From an uncultured Gammaproteobacteria bacterium (GTDB taxonomy: Bacteria > Patescibacteriota > Patescibacteriia > Magasanikbacterales > UBA922): a stretch of 64,000 bases of DNA. Positions 63,725-64,000 of this stretch are shown one piece after another. The position numbers and the translations under genes were made by a program. The notes beneath the pieces are model-generated. The model made no database searches, was not told the DNA's origin, and worked only from the letters and a program-made list of their open reading frames with translations. The DNA is taken from NCBI GenBank assembly GCA_964566225.1, contig CAZMHV010000002.1:231489-295488 (forward strand), read 5' to 3'. Each line of letters opens with the position of its first letter. Positions within the stretch are counted from its first letter, which is position 1.

Positions 63725-64000
63725 ATGAAAACTGTTTTTATTGTAGTGACAAGAGGGTTCATTATTCGTAATATGCTACGCAGTGGTGTTTTGGCACATT
63801 TACAAAAAGCAGGGGTGCGAGTAGTTATCTTTTTTGCCAATGTAAGAAATAAATCTTTGCCTGAATCTTTGAGACAAGAATTTGAAAATGACTCTACTTT
63901 TGTAGAAGTGCTTTCACCAGATACTGATACAAATACTTTGAAAGAAAAATTATATAGTCTTTTTAAAAATATTGCTCCGTATTTTGTTTACTCGGGTTCA
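63725..64000 (+). CDS. Hypothetical protein (3' end beyond window)
   Basis: ATG at 63725 opens a frame (MKTVFIVVTRGFIIRNMLRSGVLAHLQKAGVRVVIFFANV...) that runs to the window edge. Confidence 0.3.
   Translation, partial: MKTVFIVVTRGFIIRNMLRSGVLAHLQKAGVRVVIFFANVRNKSLPESLRQEFENDSTFVEVLSPDTDTNTLKEKLYSLFKNIAPYFVYSGS

Noticed and set aside
1-64000. Mobile-element hallmarks (integrase, transposase, att repeats, phage structural genes) that could explain the GC islands
   Set aside because: No recombinase-like ORFs or flanking direct repeats were recognised. The IRs at the island edge (16602..16651) are internal hairpins rather than terminal inverted repeats of an IS.

Overview
This is a low-GC, Patescibacteria/CPR-like chromosomal window, judged by eye from AT-rich genes, tight gene packing and weak RBSs. 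It is dominated by cell-envelope glycan biosynthesis: an operon of four GT2 glycosyltransferases plus an RmlA-like nucleotidyltransferase at 0-4.9 kb, and a glycosylation cluster at 34.7-63.7 kb. That cluster holds two O-antigen-ligase/TPR fusion proteins, a UXS-like decarboxylase fused to a half glycosyltransferase, several GT4s (one doubled), WecB, AsnB, six SAM methyltransferases, a GT2, a Wzx-like flippase and two small HTH regulators. Housekeeping and other elements: a split ComEC pair; two TSP3-repeat secreted proteins (one an L,D-transpeptidase); tRNA-Ser(UGA) and tRNA-Asp(GUC); a compact minus-strand smpB-ssrA(tmRNA)-infC-rpmI-rplT block; an ECF sigma factor with a DUF5667 membrane partner; a 1274-aa surface protein; a Wzz-like protein. 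The most striking observation is two abrupt GC-rich segments in this AT-rich background: about 9.90-10.66 kb (one ORF) and about 16.6-26.2 kb (five ORFs). The five ORFs encode Myxococcota-type secreted Cys-rich, MopE-like metal-binding, TSP3 and collagen-like proteins with Gram-negative lipoboxes and a beta-barrel-like C-terminus. Each GC-rich ORF sits behind its own AT-rich host-like TTGACA-17-TATTAT/TAGTGT promoter. The four largest also carry a long perfect inverted repeat in the leader and are followed by intrinsic terminators. This mosaic fits a chimeric assembly, an unusual recent gene-by-gene horizontal acquisition, or an engineered insertion. A second finding is a probable novel alcohol/cyclitol-phosphate activation pathway at 57.7-63.7 kb: a CDP-alcohol-transferase-like membrane protein, a nucleotidyltransferase fused to a DHQS-like sugar-phosphate cyclase, an SDR, a LicA-like kinase, a LicC-like nucleotidyltransferase and a methyltransferase. 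No transposase, integrase, CRISPR array or rRNA was seen.
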